Part shown: piece by piece, positions 1 to 9,237 of the stretch
How positions within the stretch are numbered: position 1 is the stretch's first letter
Layout: each line of letters opens with the position of its first letter
Source: an uncultured Spirochaetales bacterium
GTDB taxonomy: Bacteria > UBP6 > UBA1177 > JAKLFG01
Length of the DNA: 64,000 nucleotides
Direction: 5' to 3'
Assembly (NCBI GenBank): GCA_964412895.1
Contig: CAYPQK010000001.1
Location: 5,041 to 69,040 of the forward strand
The notes under the pieces: model-generated
Told to the model about the DNA's origin: nothing
Seen by the model: the letters and a program-made list of their open reading frames with translations, nothing else
The model's database searches: none
Made by a program: the position numbers and the translations under genes

Positions 1-459
1 CTCGAGATGGAGGTCGACGAGGCGGTCGAGCTCTTCCAGCCCTTCCCGGCGATACGGCGCAAACTGGAACTGCTTCATCAGATCGGGCTGGGCTACATCA
101 CGCTCGGCCAGCCGGCCCACACGCTGTCGGGCGGCGAGGCGCAGCGCATCAAGTTATCGAAAGAACTGGCAAAAAAGAAGGCCGACCGGACGCTCTACAT
201 ACTCGACGAACCGACGACCGGGCTCCATTTTGATGACATCAAGAAACTCATCGCGATACTCGACCGGCTCGTCAGCCACGGCGCCTCGGTGCTGGTCATA
301 GAGCACAACCCCGACATCGTTAAGTGCGCCGACCATATCATCGACATCGGCCCGCTCGGCGGCAACAAAGGGGGCGAGATAGTCGCCGTCGGCACCCCCG
401 AAGAGGTGGCGAAGAACAAACGGTCGCTCACGGGTAAGATGCTGAAAGATATCCTGTAA
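1..459 (+). CDS. uvrA: Excinuclease ABC subunit A (UvrA), C-terminal fragment; 5' end lies outside the window
   Basis: C-terminal ABC signature [15 protein letters not shown] and Walker [16 protein letters not shown] are typical of UvrA ATPase domain II. The reading frame is open from base 1. Confidence 0.88.
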   Translation, partial: LEMEVDEAVELFQPFPAIRRKLELLHQIGLGYITLGQPAHTLSGGEAQRIKLSKELAKKKADRTLYILDEPTTGLHFDDIKKLIAILDRLVSHGASVLVIEHNPDIVKCADHIIDIGPLGGNKGGEIVAVGTPEEVAKNKRSLTGKMLKDIL

Positions 460-475
460 TGATAGGAGGTCCCTC

Positions 476-1168
476 ATGAAACGGCAAGACGCGCTGTTCA
501 TCGCCGGAGTGGCGGTGTTCTTCTCCCCGTTCTTCTTCTCCGACGCGGTGCTCGAGGGCTACAAGGCCTTCAATCTCGAACACGGCATCATCATGGGTGC
601 GATAAAGTTCGGCATCCTCGCGACGCTCGGCGAGGTGATCGGCCTGCGCATCCGGACCGGCAACTACAACGCTCCCGGCTTCGGCATCCTGCCGCGCACC
701 GTAGTGTGGGGGGGACTCGGCATGGCCATCGCCTATGCCTTCATGGTCTTCCCGGCGGGAAGCATCAAGTTCCTCGGCTACATGGGGCTTGCGGTCAACG
801 CCGACACGCTGAAGGGGGCGATCACCGGGCTTCAGTTCGTGACCGCCTTCACTATCAGCGTCGGGATGAACCTCATCTTCGCGCCGTGGATGATGACGCT
901 GCACAAGATCACCGATGAACACATCGCCCGGACCGGCGGTACCATCGCCGGTTTCCTGAGTCCCATCGCGTTCGGCGATATCCTGTCGAAGATAAACTGG
1001 CAGGTGATGTGGGGCTTCGTGTTCAAGAAGACCATACCGCTGTTCTGGATACCGGCCCACACGATAACCTTCCTGCTGCCGGAACAGTACCGCATACTCT
1101 TCGCGGCGGTGTTGGGCGTGGTGCTCGGTGTGTTCCTTGCTATCGCCAGTCTGATGGGAAAAAAGTAG
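476..1168 (+). CDS. Hypothetical multi-pass integral membrane protein
   Basis: 230 aa ORF with several hydrophobic helices. A weak AGGAGG-like RBS (gataggaggtccctcATG) lies upstream. No family recognised. Confidence 0.55.
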   Translation: MKRQDALFIAGVAVFFSPFFFSDAVLEGYKAFNLEHGIIMGAIKFGILATLGEVIGLRIRTGNYNAPGFGILPRTVVWGGLGMAIAYAFMVFPAGSIKFLGYMGLAVNADTLKGAITGLQFVTAFTISVGMNLIFAPWMMTLHKITDEHIARTGGTIAGFLSPIAFGDILSKINWQVMWGFVFKKTIPLFWIPAHTITFLLPEQYRILFAAVLGVVLGVFLAIASLMGKK

Positions 1169-1174
1169 GGAGGA

Positions 1175-2872
1175 TCACTCCCAAGGCTTATTCATCTGCA
1201 TCAGTTCGATGGTGCCGACCAGCGCGGTACCCTTAAGGTCCTCGATGCCGCCGATGAGGTACATCTTGCCGCCGGCGCCCACGGTGCGGTGCAGAAGCCG
1301 TTTGACCTTGAAGTAGTCATAAGACTGGTGGACATTGAAATCCATAGAGTCAAGGCTCACATGTTCGAGGAAGTTGTTCGCCTCGACCGCCGCCTGCGTG
1401 ATGTCGGAATTGCTGGTGCCGCCGATGACGGTGAAATAGCCGTCGGCCGCGTTGAGGACGATATCGTGAAGCCAAGTGCCCCAGAAGAGCGGTCCTTCAC
1501 TCTGCGCCGAGAGCGCGACGCCGAATTTGTAGCTCTTGCCGTTCATCGAGAAACCGCCGGCGCCGTTGGGCAATTCCAGTCCGCTCGCCGCAACGATGAC
1601 ATCGTCGTTCGGATCATTCGGGTCGCCAAGATAGGAAGAGATGGCGCCTAAGAAAAGATTGGGGGCGGTGCCGCCGGTCCATTCGTCATAACTGCTGGAG
1701 GAGACGAGATAGGCGAACTTCGTATCGGAGGATTTGTGGCCGCCGAGAATGAGCACCTTGTCGGTGCCCGCCGCCGCCATCATCGGAGCGACCAGCGGTT
1801 TATCGGTGTAATATTCATTTATCACGACGGTGACCGTGTCGGCGACCGATATCTCAATGCCGTAGATGGAAGAGACCGCCGCGCCTTCCTTCACGCCGCC
1901 GGCCATGAATATCGTGCCGGCGCCGGTCGTTTCGTCGGAACGGACATAAGCGTAGCTCTGGAACGGGAAGAATTTGTCGTCGGTCAGATCGATGAACTCG
2001 ACCGCGCTGTTATCGGTGGTAACGACATCGCCGTTCTTGTCGCGGGGCCGTTCGTTCACCTTCGGAAGGTCGACCGTGTAAAGCTCGACGCCGTTGGCGG
2101 GGCTGGTGAATGTCAGCGGCATCTGGGGATAGTCGGTGACCTCCATCTTCTTGTTCTCCAACACGGTGATGCCGCCGGTGAAGATGATGCGGCCGTCGGG
2201 CAGCAGAGCCGCTATATGAAATGCGCGGAAATTCTTCATGCTGGCTATCTGGTCGATAGTGCCGCTCTCGGGGTCGATCAGTTCGACCGAGTCGGTCGCC
2301 TGCCAATTGCCGTTGGACAATCCGGAAAAACCGCCGGCCACGAGGATGCGTCCGTCGGGGAGTTCGGTCACGGTGTGGCCGAAACGCGGGACTAGGAGCG
2401 GGGTCGGGAAGCAGCCCAAACCTGAAACCGGGTAGAGAACGACCGAAACGACCGTCTCTTTCCCTTTGGCGAAATCGATGCCGCGGGCTTCGCCGCGCCA
2501 TTTCGGAGAGCTGATATTGCCCACTTCAAAACCGGAGAACACGACGCGGGCGTTCGAGATGGTCGGGATGCCCTTGACGGTGACCTCTTCCGAAAGATCG
2601 GAGGCGGTCAGCGAAACGGCGTTCTTGTTGTTCACTTTGACGATGGTGCCGTCCTCTTTGTAGAACTGAATGGCGAGCGATCCGAGCCGTTCGGCGATGT
2701 TGCCGCCGTCGATGTAGTCGCCGGCACCGTCGACATTACATTCGCCGGCAAGAAGTTTAAGCCCGATACGCGGTTCGTCGGAGGCCACCGGATCGGTCGT
2801 CTCGTCACCACCGCAGGAAAGAACGGCCATCGCCATGACCGCAAAAAGAGTGAGGAAAAACCCCTTCATCAT
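1175..2872 (-). CDS. Kelch/galactose-oxidase-like beta-propeller lipoprotein
   Basis: The true start is MMKGFFLTLFAVMAMAVLSCGG (signal peptide plus lipobox Cys), preceded by GGAGAAAG. Repeated 'LPDGRILVAGG / LPDGRIIFTGG' Kelch-like blades follow. The track ORF 1175..3643 carries a spurious GC-rich N-terminal extension. Confidence 0.7.
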   Translation of the reverse strand: MMKGFFLTLFAVMAMAVLSCGGDETTDPVASDEPRIGLKLLAGECNVDGAGDYIDGGNIAERLGSLAIQFYKEDGTIVKVNNKNAVSLTASDLSEEVTVKGIPTISNARVVFSGFEVGNISSPKWRGEARGIDFAKGKETVVSVVLYPVSGLGCFPTPLLVPRFGHTVTELPDGRILVAGGFSGLSNGNWQATDSVELIDPESGTIDQIASMKNFRAFHIAALLPDGRIIFTGGITVLENKKMEVTDYPQMPLTFTSPANGVELYTVDLPKVNERPRDKNGDVVTTDNSAVEFIDLTDDKFFPFQSYAYVRSDETTGAGTIFMAGGVKEGAAVSSIYGIEISVADTVTVVINEYYTDKPLVAPMMAAAGTDKVLILGGHKSSDTKFAYLVSSSSYDEWTGGTAPNLFLGAISSYLGDPNDPNDDVIVAASGLELPNGAGGFSMNGKSYKFGVALSAQSEGPLFWGTWLHDIVLNAADGYFTVIGGTSNSDITQAAVEANNFLEHVSLDSMDFNVHQSYDYFKVKRLLHRTVGAGGKMYLIGGIEDLKGTALVGTIELMQMNKPWE

Positions 2873-2988
2873 TATCTTTCTCCCCAAGAAAAATAGTCGA
2901 GTTTCAATTCTCGTCCGTTCATAATCGGTGTCATAATACCCGCAAGAAGGAAAAATGCAATAATTTAGGGGAGCGCGCGAAGCGGCCG

Positions 2989-3618
2989 TTATTCGGGTGC
3001 CGGATCGAGGAAGCGGAACCGGCGGTCGTCGCCCGCGAAGAACGGTCCGAGCGGCAGGCGCGAGAAGGCGGTGTCGACCATATCTTCGGCCAGCGTCGTG
3101 TACTGGGTGAACAGCGCGTTGACGGTCGCGTCGACCACCATCTTGAGCAGACTGTCGGATTGGGCTCCCGATCCTTTGGCCCGGGTCACGCTCGTCTCCC
3201 ACAGCAGGGCGCCGCTCTTCACATCGACCAGCCGGAAGGTGGCGGCGACCGTCACCGTCGAGGCGACCACCAGATATTTCGTGCTCCAGTCGGTGAGGGT
3301 CACCATCAACAGCGTGTCGGCGTGCAGCATCTCGCCCAGATCCTTGACCGAGTAGGCGTTCATCTGGCCCCCTTCGCGCACATTCTTCACCTCGGCGAGC
3401 ATCTCCAGCACCAGCAGCGGCGGGACCACATAATAATCCTTGTCCTCGAGCGCCCGGACGATCATCGGGTAGACCAGCTTCGGTGCCTCGATGTCGATGG
3501 TCTCGTTGTAGAGCGGGAGGATCGCGATGCTCTTCGGATAATGGGCGCGATGGGCGGTACTGCGGCATGAGACGGCGAGAAAGAGGATCGCGACGATGAA
3601 AAGCAGGATCCTTTTCAT
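2989..3618 (-). CDS. Lipoprotein, DUF799-like (GNA1162 family, tentative)
   Basis: Signal peptide with lipobox LAVSC. About 210 aa with motif IAILPLYNET..DIEAP. Its stop overlaps the upstream gene start by 4 bp (translational coupling). Confidence 0.55.
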   Translation of the reverse strand: MKRILLFIVAILFLAVSCRSTAHRAHYPKSIAILPLYNETIDIEAPKLVYPMIVRALEDKDYYVVPPLLVLEMLAEVKNVREGGQMNAYSVKDLGEMLHADTLLMVTLTDWSTKYLVVASTVTVAATFRLVDVKSGALLWETSVTRAKGSGAQSDSLLKMVVDATVNALFTQYTTLAEDMVDTAFSRLPLGPFFAGDDRRFRFLDPAPE

Positions 3619-3962
3619 TGGACACCTCCCGCCGCCGGTTCATTCAGTTCGAACCGTTCGCGGATGAAGGCGAGGTAATCCTTAACCAGCGGGTCCTTGT
3701 AGAGCGCATATTCCTGTTCGAGCAGGGCGACCCCCTCTTCGACGCGTCCCTGTTTGATGAGGGTGACGCCCATCGAGGCATAGGTCCCCGGCAGGATATA
3801 GCCGGTGTCGAGCGACTTCTGGAAGAACTCCTGCGCCTCGTCGGGGGAGTCGAAGTAGTAGTACTTCACCCCCTTCGCGTAATAGTGCGAGGCATACTTT
3901 TGCGGTGCGCCGCATGCCGCGACGAGGCATACCGCGCAGAAAAGAAAGATCAGTCGGGCCAT
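3615..3962 (-). CDS. Small lipoprotein, DUF4810-like (tentative)
   Basis: 115 aa with lipobox LVAACG and Tyr/Gly-rich helical repeats. It is typically paired with DUF799 lipoproteins. Confidence 0.5.
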   Translation of the reverse strand: MARLIFLFCAVCLVAACGAPQKYASHYYAKGVKYYYFDSPDEAQEFFQKSLDTGYILPGTYASMGVTLIKQGRVEEGVALLEQEYALYKDPLVKDYLAFIRERFELNEPAAGGVQ

Positions 3963-4453
3963 GTTATGATACTCCTGCGTGTCATGTCGAAGATCTCTAT
4001 TTTTGTCACCGCGCCTTTGTTCAGCGAGATGAGCGCATAGGTCTGTTTTCCGTTGATGCCGGCGCGACCCAGAGAACCGGGATTGAGGTAAAGGACGCCC
4101 TCTTTTTCGCAGACGAGCGGTTCATGGGTGTGGCCGAAGATGACCACGCGCGGCCGGTAGGCGGCGAGTTCCGCGGCGTTCGATGCCATGATGCGGTGCG
4201 GCGCGGTGAGGTTGTGGACCAGAAAGAAGCGGACGCCGTCGATGTCGGCCCGGATGGTCTCGGGGAGATCGCGCAGGGTCGCGTCGGTGTTGCCGCGGAC
4301 CGCGTGAACGGTGTCGAAACAGTGGAGAAAGGTAAGCGTCCGATCATCGCCGATGTCGCCGGCGTGAAGCACCGTGTCGGCCGGGATATCGCAGATCCAG
4401 TCGGGGAGCGTCCCGTGCGTATCCGAAATGACAAGCACCCTTTTCATAGACAA
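3950..4453 (-). CDS. Metallophosphoesterase, YfcE/MJ0936 family
   Basis: Calcineurin-like motifs VISDTHG, HAGD, RGNTD and GHTHEP are present. Confidence 0.85.
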   Translation of the reverse strand: MSMKRVLVISDTHGTLPDWICDIPADTVLHAGDIGDDRTLTFLHCFDTVHAVRGNTDATLRDLPETIRADIDGVRFFLVHNLTAPHRIMASNAAELAAYRPRVVIFGHTHEPLVCEKEGVLYLNPGSLGRAGINGKQTYALISLNKGAVTKIEIFDMTRRSIITWPD

Positions 4454-4539
4454 AAACCTCCCGCAGCGACGCGACTATAACACGCGGCGGCGCACAAGTC
4501 AAACCGACCGGAAAGGTTATGGGGGAGGCGAAGGAGGGG

Positions 4540-6291
4540 TCAGTCTTCGGCTGATACCGCGGGCGCTTCCTTCTCTTTTTCCATCATGTCGAGGAAGGCT
4601 TTGCCGGTCTCGGGACAGAACTGTTTGCCGAGATTCTCGCGGATTATCTGGAGCGCGTCCTCCCGCTGAAGCGCCTTGCGGTACGGGCGGTCGGAGGTGA
4701 TGGCATCGTAGGTATCGGCGATGGCGATGATGCGCGCGCCCAGCGGTATCTTATCGCCCTTTATCATCGAGGGATAGCCGCGGCCGTCCCACCGTTCGTG
4801 GTGGAAGAGGATGAGCGGCACGATGGTCTCGAGCAGTTTCAGCGGCCGCAGTATCTCGGCGCCGATGATGGCGTGTTCCTGTATCTTCGCGTACTCTTCG
4901 TCCGAGAGGCGTCCCGGCTTGAGCAGGATGTCGTCGCGCACGCCGATCTTGCCCACATCGTGGAGGTTGGCGCCGATCTCAAGGTCGTTAAGGGCGTACG
5001 ACGACAGGCCGAGGAATTTGCCCAGCCGCGCCGAGTAGTCGCTCACCCGCTGGGTATGGCCTTTGGTGTACTGGTCGCGCGCCTCGAGCGCCGTGATGAG
5101 CGACTTTATCGTCGAGAGCATATACTCATATTCTTTCTGGTAGATGTTGTACTTCTCAAGCAGTAGCTGCTCGACGACGATGATGAGCTTCTCGACATCG
5201 AACGGCTTGATGAAATAGCGCGAGATACCGAGTTTCTCTCCCCGCTTGATGTCGCTACGCTTGTCGCGTGTGCTCATCATGATCAGCGAGGTCTCCTTGA
5301 GATCGGGATTTTCGCGTACCTGTTTAGCCAGATCGTAGCCGTTGAGATTGGGCATCTCGATGTCGGTGATGATGATGTCGGGCCGTTCGCGCACCGCCAG
5401 CGCGTAGGCCTCCCGGCCGTCGGCGGCGTGAATGACATTCAGGCTGTTCTTGAGGAGGGCGTGGCTGATGATCTCGCTCGACACCTTGCTGTCGTCGACC
5501 AGCAGGATCTTATTGCGCCGCTTGCGGTCGAGCACCGAGAAATATTCGTCGATCTTGTGGTTGAGTTCGTCGGTGGTGGTCGGCTTGGTCAGGTAGTCGT
5601 CGGCGCCGATGTCGAAGGCGGTGTCGATATCGACCGGCTTTTTCTTGTTCGACAGAATGATGACCGGGATGTACCGCCCCCGGTTGTTCTCCTTGATCTT
5701 TTTGCAGAGCTGGAGGCCGTCCATTCCCGGCATTTCGATGTCGGTGATGACGAGGTTGGGCAGGTGCTCCTGATAGAGCTCCCACGCCTCGTTCCCGTCG
5801 GCGGCGATATAAACCGCCACCCCTTCGCGGTCGGCAAGCGTGCGGCGGAAAAAGTGACGCATGACGGCGCTGTCGTCGGCGAAGAGGATGGAGCGGTGCC
5901 CCTCGATGGCCTCGCTGACCGGCTTGTCGGGAGAATGGGAGGCGATGAGCTTCTCGAACTTCCGGGTGAAGTCGTGTTTGTCGTAGAAGAAGATGTCCTC
6001 TCCCTTTTTTCCCATGCGGGAAAGGCGCTCGACGGTATCGCGGTCGTCCTTCAGGAAAAAAACGATGATGGGAGCCGCAGTAAGGGCGCGGACCTGCGAC
6101 ACCAACTCTTCGACCGGCATATTATAATATTGATGCTGAAGCAGTACCAGGTCGGGCTTGAACTGCACCACATGCTTCTCGATGGTCTCCTTGTGCGGGA
6201 CGATGAACAAATAATCGAGTCCCTGCGCCAGATAAAATTTATTCAAGAATATCTTGAGTAGATTGAGGTCGATGATGTTTAAAATCTTCAC
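4540..6291 (-). CDS. Response regulator with degenerate N-terminal REC-like domain, two REC domains and a C-terminal HD-GYP phosphodiesterase domain
   Basis: Two canonical receiver domains (ILFADDS..., ILLVDDS... with DIEMP motifs). HD-GYP signature HDVGK...HHERWDGRGYP is present. Confidence 0.85.
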   Translation of the reverse strand: MKILNIIDLNLLKIFLNKFYLAQGLDYLFIVPHKETIEKHVVQFKPDLVLLQHQYYNMPVEELVSQVRALTAAPIIVFFLKDDRDTVERLSRMGKKGEDIFFYDKHDFTRKFEKLIASHSPDKPVSEAIEGHRSILFADDSAVMRHFFRRTLADREGVAVYIAADGNEAWELYQEHLPNLVITDIEMPGMDGLQLCKKIKENNRGRYIPVIILSNKKKPVDIDTAFDIGADDYLTKPTTTDELNHKIDEYFSVLDRKRRNKILLVDDSKVSSEIISHALLKNSLNVIHAADGREAYALAVRERPDIIITDIEMPNLNGYDLAKQVRENPDLKETSLIMMSTRDKRSDIKRGEKLGISRYFIKPFDVEKLIIVVEQLLLEKYNIYQKEYEYMLSTIKSLITALEARDQYTKGHTQRVSDYSARLGKFLGLSSYALNDLEIGANLHDVGKIGVRDDILLKPGRLSDEEYAKIQEHAIIGAEILRPLKLLETIVPLILFHHERWDGRGYPSMIKGDKIPLGARIIAIADTYDAITSDRPYRKALQREDALQIIRENLGKQFCPETGKAFLDMMEKEKEAPAVSAED

Positions 6292-6494
6292 CCGGGGGTC
6301 CTCGCTCGATAACGGTGACAGTATAGCAAAAAAATGTCTTCGCGCAAGAAGAAATATCGGTTCCCGGCAAGTTTTTTCCGTTCGACAAGCACACCATCAT
6401 CAAAAAGTAATCGTATCATATTTCTTTGTAGAGACGGCACTTTACAAACGATGTGGTTTGAATACAATCAACGCGTCACCGGATCGATACGGAG

Positions 6495-8507
6495 GTGCCG
6501 ATGAGACGGACGGAAAAATATTTCCTTTTTGAATGCATCATGGCGCTTGCGTTCTTGGCGGGCGCCTGTTCCGGCGAAAAAGCGGACAAGGAAGGCGATA
6601 TCGCCGACGCCGATGCGAGTGATGCGCTGGTGACGCCCGACGCCGACGAGAAGGTGCTGCCGGAACAGGAAAAGGACGAAAAGGACATAAGCGACATAAA
6701 GGACGAAATGGTTGATGAAGACGGCGCCGTCTTTGATGATGTCCTCGCCGAAGGCGACCCTGAGCCTGTCGAAGGGGATGAGTCCACTGAGGCTACAGTG
6801 TCCGACACGGACGAACTGTTCTTCGACGAAGATCAGACCGATCAGTCTGATCCGACCGATCAGTCCGACGAAATTATCCCCGACGCCGATGAGCCGGTCG
6901 ACGATACGCCGGTCGACGATGACGACACCGTTATCCCCGATGTCGATGTCGACGATTGGGCGCTCCTTGACAACGACGGCGACGGCATCGCCAACGAACT
7001 GGAGGGCGATGGCGACTTTGACGGCGACGGTACCCCCAACTGGCTCGACACCGATTCGGATAACGACGGGATACTCGACAGTGTGGAAAAAGGCTCCGGC
7101 ATGACGCCGGTCGATTCGGACGGCGACGGCTACGCCGATGTGGTCGACAACGACTCCGACAACGACGGACTTTCGGACGCCACCGAAAACACCATCGGCA
7201 CCGATCCGACCGACGACGACAGCGACGACGACGGCATCACCGACCTTGCCGAACATGCCTACGGATCAAATCCGCTCGATCCGCTCGATGTCATCCCGCC
7301 CGAAGATTTCTATGTCATTTTGCCGTGGGATGCGACGGCCGATGAGGTGCGCTACCTCGACTTCCACACCGACATCGTCAAGGCCGACATCCTGTTCCTC
7401 GTCGATCTCTCCGGCTCGATGGGGGAAGAGATAACGAACCTCAAGACCGGCATCACCGATGTCATCATCGACGGCGTTGCGGCGCAGATAAATGACGCCG
7501 CCTTCGGGCTGGCCACCTTCGACGATTTTCGTGGCATCAACAACAACGCCACCTATCCGAGTTTCGACGACCACATCCACCAGATAAAACAACCGGTCAC
7601 CACCGCGCAGGCCGATATCGAGGCGGCGGTGGCGGCGCTCGGCTATCTCTCCAACGGTGGACAGGAACCGCAGATAGAGTCGCTCTACCAGTCGGCGACC
7701 GGTGAAGGGTTCGACGGCAAATTCGACTACCTCTATAATAATCCCCCCAACCATTACCCCGACACCTTCTATCCGCACATTGCCTCTGCCGCCTGTTCGG
7801 GCGAAGAGGGGAGCATCGGCGGCGCCTGCTTCCGTGAACTGGCGATGCCGATCTTCATCATGATGTCGGACGAGGCCTTCACCTCGTGGATATTCAACAC
7901 CGACTATTTCGTGTGGGACGCCGATCCGCAGTACGATCAGCCGCACACCCGCGATCAGGCGATCGCCGCGATGAATGCGGTGAACGCAAAGTTCATCGGC
8001 ATCAATTCGTTCGTCTCGGCCGGGTGGAATGTTTCGCCCGAGGTTGATTTCAAGGCGGTCGGCACCGGCACCGGTTCGGTCGATGCGCTGGGGAATCCGT
8101 TCTACTACGATGTCGGCGGCGACGGGTCGGCCTTCTCGACGCAGATAGTCGACGCGATACTGGAGCTGACGCACAATGTGAAGCTCGATGTCGCGACGCA
8201 GAACGAATCGGTCGCCAACCCGCAGAGCATCGACACGACGCAGTTCATCACCTCGGTGGTGCCCCATCTGCCGCTGCCGGGGAACGGCTACGACACCAAG
8301 GACCTCGTCTCGTTCTACGGCGTCAAGCCGGGGACGCTCATCACCTTCGCGGTGACCTTCCGCAACGATATCTTCGAACCGCAGGACATGGAGGCGACGC
8401 TCTTCACGGCGTGGATACATGTCATCGGCGAGGGGACGCTCCTCGACTCGCGACAGGTGTTCATCATCGTACCGGGCATTATTCCGCAGGGCTCCGGCGG
8501 GGAATAG
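6495..8507 (+). CDS. Secreted lipoprotein with acidic linker, thrombospondin type-3-like Ca-binding repeats and a von Willebrand factor A (vWA) domain
   Basis: RBS GGAGG. Signal plus lipobox LAGAC. DxDxDGxxDxxD repeats ([34 protein letters not shown]...). vWA MIDAS-like motif [11 protein letters not shown]. Confidence 0.75.
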   Translation: MPMRRTEKYFLFECIMALAFLAGACSGEKADKEGDIADADASDALVTPDADEKVLPEQEKDEKDISDIKDEMVDEDGAVFDDVLAEGDPEPVEGDESTEATVSDTDELFFDEDQTDQSDPTDQSDEIIPDADEPVDDTPVDDDDTVIPDVDVDDWALLDNDGDGIANELEGDGDFDGDGTPNWLDTDSDNDGILDSVEKGSGMTPVDSDGDGYADVVDNDSDNDGLSDATENTIGTDPTDDDSDDDGITDLAEHAYGSNPLDPLDVIPPEDFYVILPWDATADEVRYLDFHTDIVKADILFLVDLSGSMGEEITNLKTGITDVIIDGVAAQINDAAFGLATFDDFRGINNNATYPSFDDHIHQIKQPVTTAQADIEAAVAALGYLSNGGQEPQIESLYQSATGEGFDGKFDYLYNNPPNHYPDTFYPHIASAACSGEEGSIGGACFRELAMPIFIMMSDEAFTSWIFNTDYFVWDADPQYDQPHTRDQAIAAMNAVNAKFIGINSFVSAGWNVSPEVDFKAVGTGTGSVDALGNPFYYDVGGDGSAFSTQIVDAILELTHNVKLDVATQNESVANPQSIDTTQFITSVVPHLPLPGNGYDTKDLVSFYGVKPGTLITFAVTFRNDIFEPQDMEATLFTAWIHVIGEGTLLDSRQVFIIVPGIIPQGSGGE

Positions 8508-8576
8508 GCCCCGCTTCGTAGTCGTTCAGATAAAATTTTTAGCGGTCTGCACTACACGCCGGAAGATGTTTTGGCG

Positions 8577-8607
8577 AAAAAAAACCCCTCCCGTTGCCGG
8601 GAGGGGG
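8577..8607 (-). terminator. Rho-independent terminator downstream of the HU gene
   Basis: On the minus strand: CCCCTCCCGGCAACGGGAGGGG hairpin followed by TTTTTTTT. Confidence 0.6.
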
Positions 8608-8633
8608 CGAAAACGGCTTCGAGGAACTGACGA

Positions 8634-8951
8634 TTACAGTTCTTTCTTGAAGCTCGGGGTGGGACGGAAGCCGACGGTCTTGGAGGCCTTGATCTTGATC
8701 TCCTTGCCGGTCTGCGGGTTGCGGCCCATGCGCGCCTTGCGGTTCGACACCTTGAAGGTACCGATGCCGTTAAGGTTGAGCTTGTTCTCGGCCGAGATGG
8801 TGTCCTTCATGATCTGAACGAACACATCATACACCTTCTTGGTCTGCTCATTGGTCAGGTTCACATGCTTGGCAAGGCCGTCTTTCATGACCTTAAGGAA
8901 AGCAGTCTTCGTCTTCGCGACCATCGTCATCTTCTTCGCCATGATTTTCAC
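8634..8951 (-). CDS. HU/IHF family nucleoid-associated DNA-binding protein
   Basis: GIGTFKVSNRKARMGRNPQTGKEIKIKASK arm motif. GGGGAG RBS 8 nt upstream of the ATG at 8951. An AT-rich promoter region lies upstream. Confidence 0.85.
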   Translation of the reverse strand: MKIMAKKMTMVAKTKTAFLKVMKDGLAKHVNLTNEQTKKVYDVFVQIMKDTISAENKLNLNGIGTFKVSNRKARMGRNPQTGKEIKIKASKTVGFRPTPSFKKEL

Positions 8952-9237
8952 TCCCCAGTGAAAAGTTACTAAACAACACAGCCATTATTAATAAAGGAAA
9001 AAGCAAAGTCAACAAAAAAATGCAAAAAAAGTGAAAAAAGTTCTTTAATGTAGGGCGGTTCCCCGATTCGTATATTTTTTTGTAAGAAAAAACCTGCTAA
9101 AAATCGGCATAATTTGCCATTCGAAACCTTTTATCCGATTGTTTTCAGTAAGTTGTCAATAGCATTGTTTTGGGGAGGCCAAACTACCGGCCTTTCCAAG
9201 AGTGAAACATTGACCGCAGGGCTGATTTACGCCCTAT

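Noticed and set aside
2873-3643. N-terminal 257 codons of track ORF 1175..3643 (-)
   Set aside because: Arg/Gly/Pro-rich GC shadow translation overlapping the DUF799-like gene on the same strand in another frame. The real gene starts at the MMKGFF signal peptide preceded by an RBS at 2872.
7266-8420. 384-aa minus ORF and other antisense ORFs (11484..13244 +, 20564..22339 -, 49264..50997 -, 17134..18231 +, 18077..19420 +, 27760..29304 +)
   Set aside because: Each lies fully antisense to a well-supported gene (vWA lipoprotein, S9 peptidase, metK/bioD, FG-GAP, flippase/GT4, groEL). No homologs recognisable. Compositionally biased.
8952-9237. tRNA, sRNA or small ORF in the AT-rich island
   Set aside because: No cloverleaf-compatible GTTC/TPsiC-like segments and no ORF over 30 codons with an RBS. 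Interpreted as promoter/UP-element DNA.
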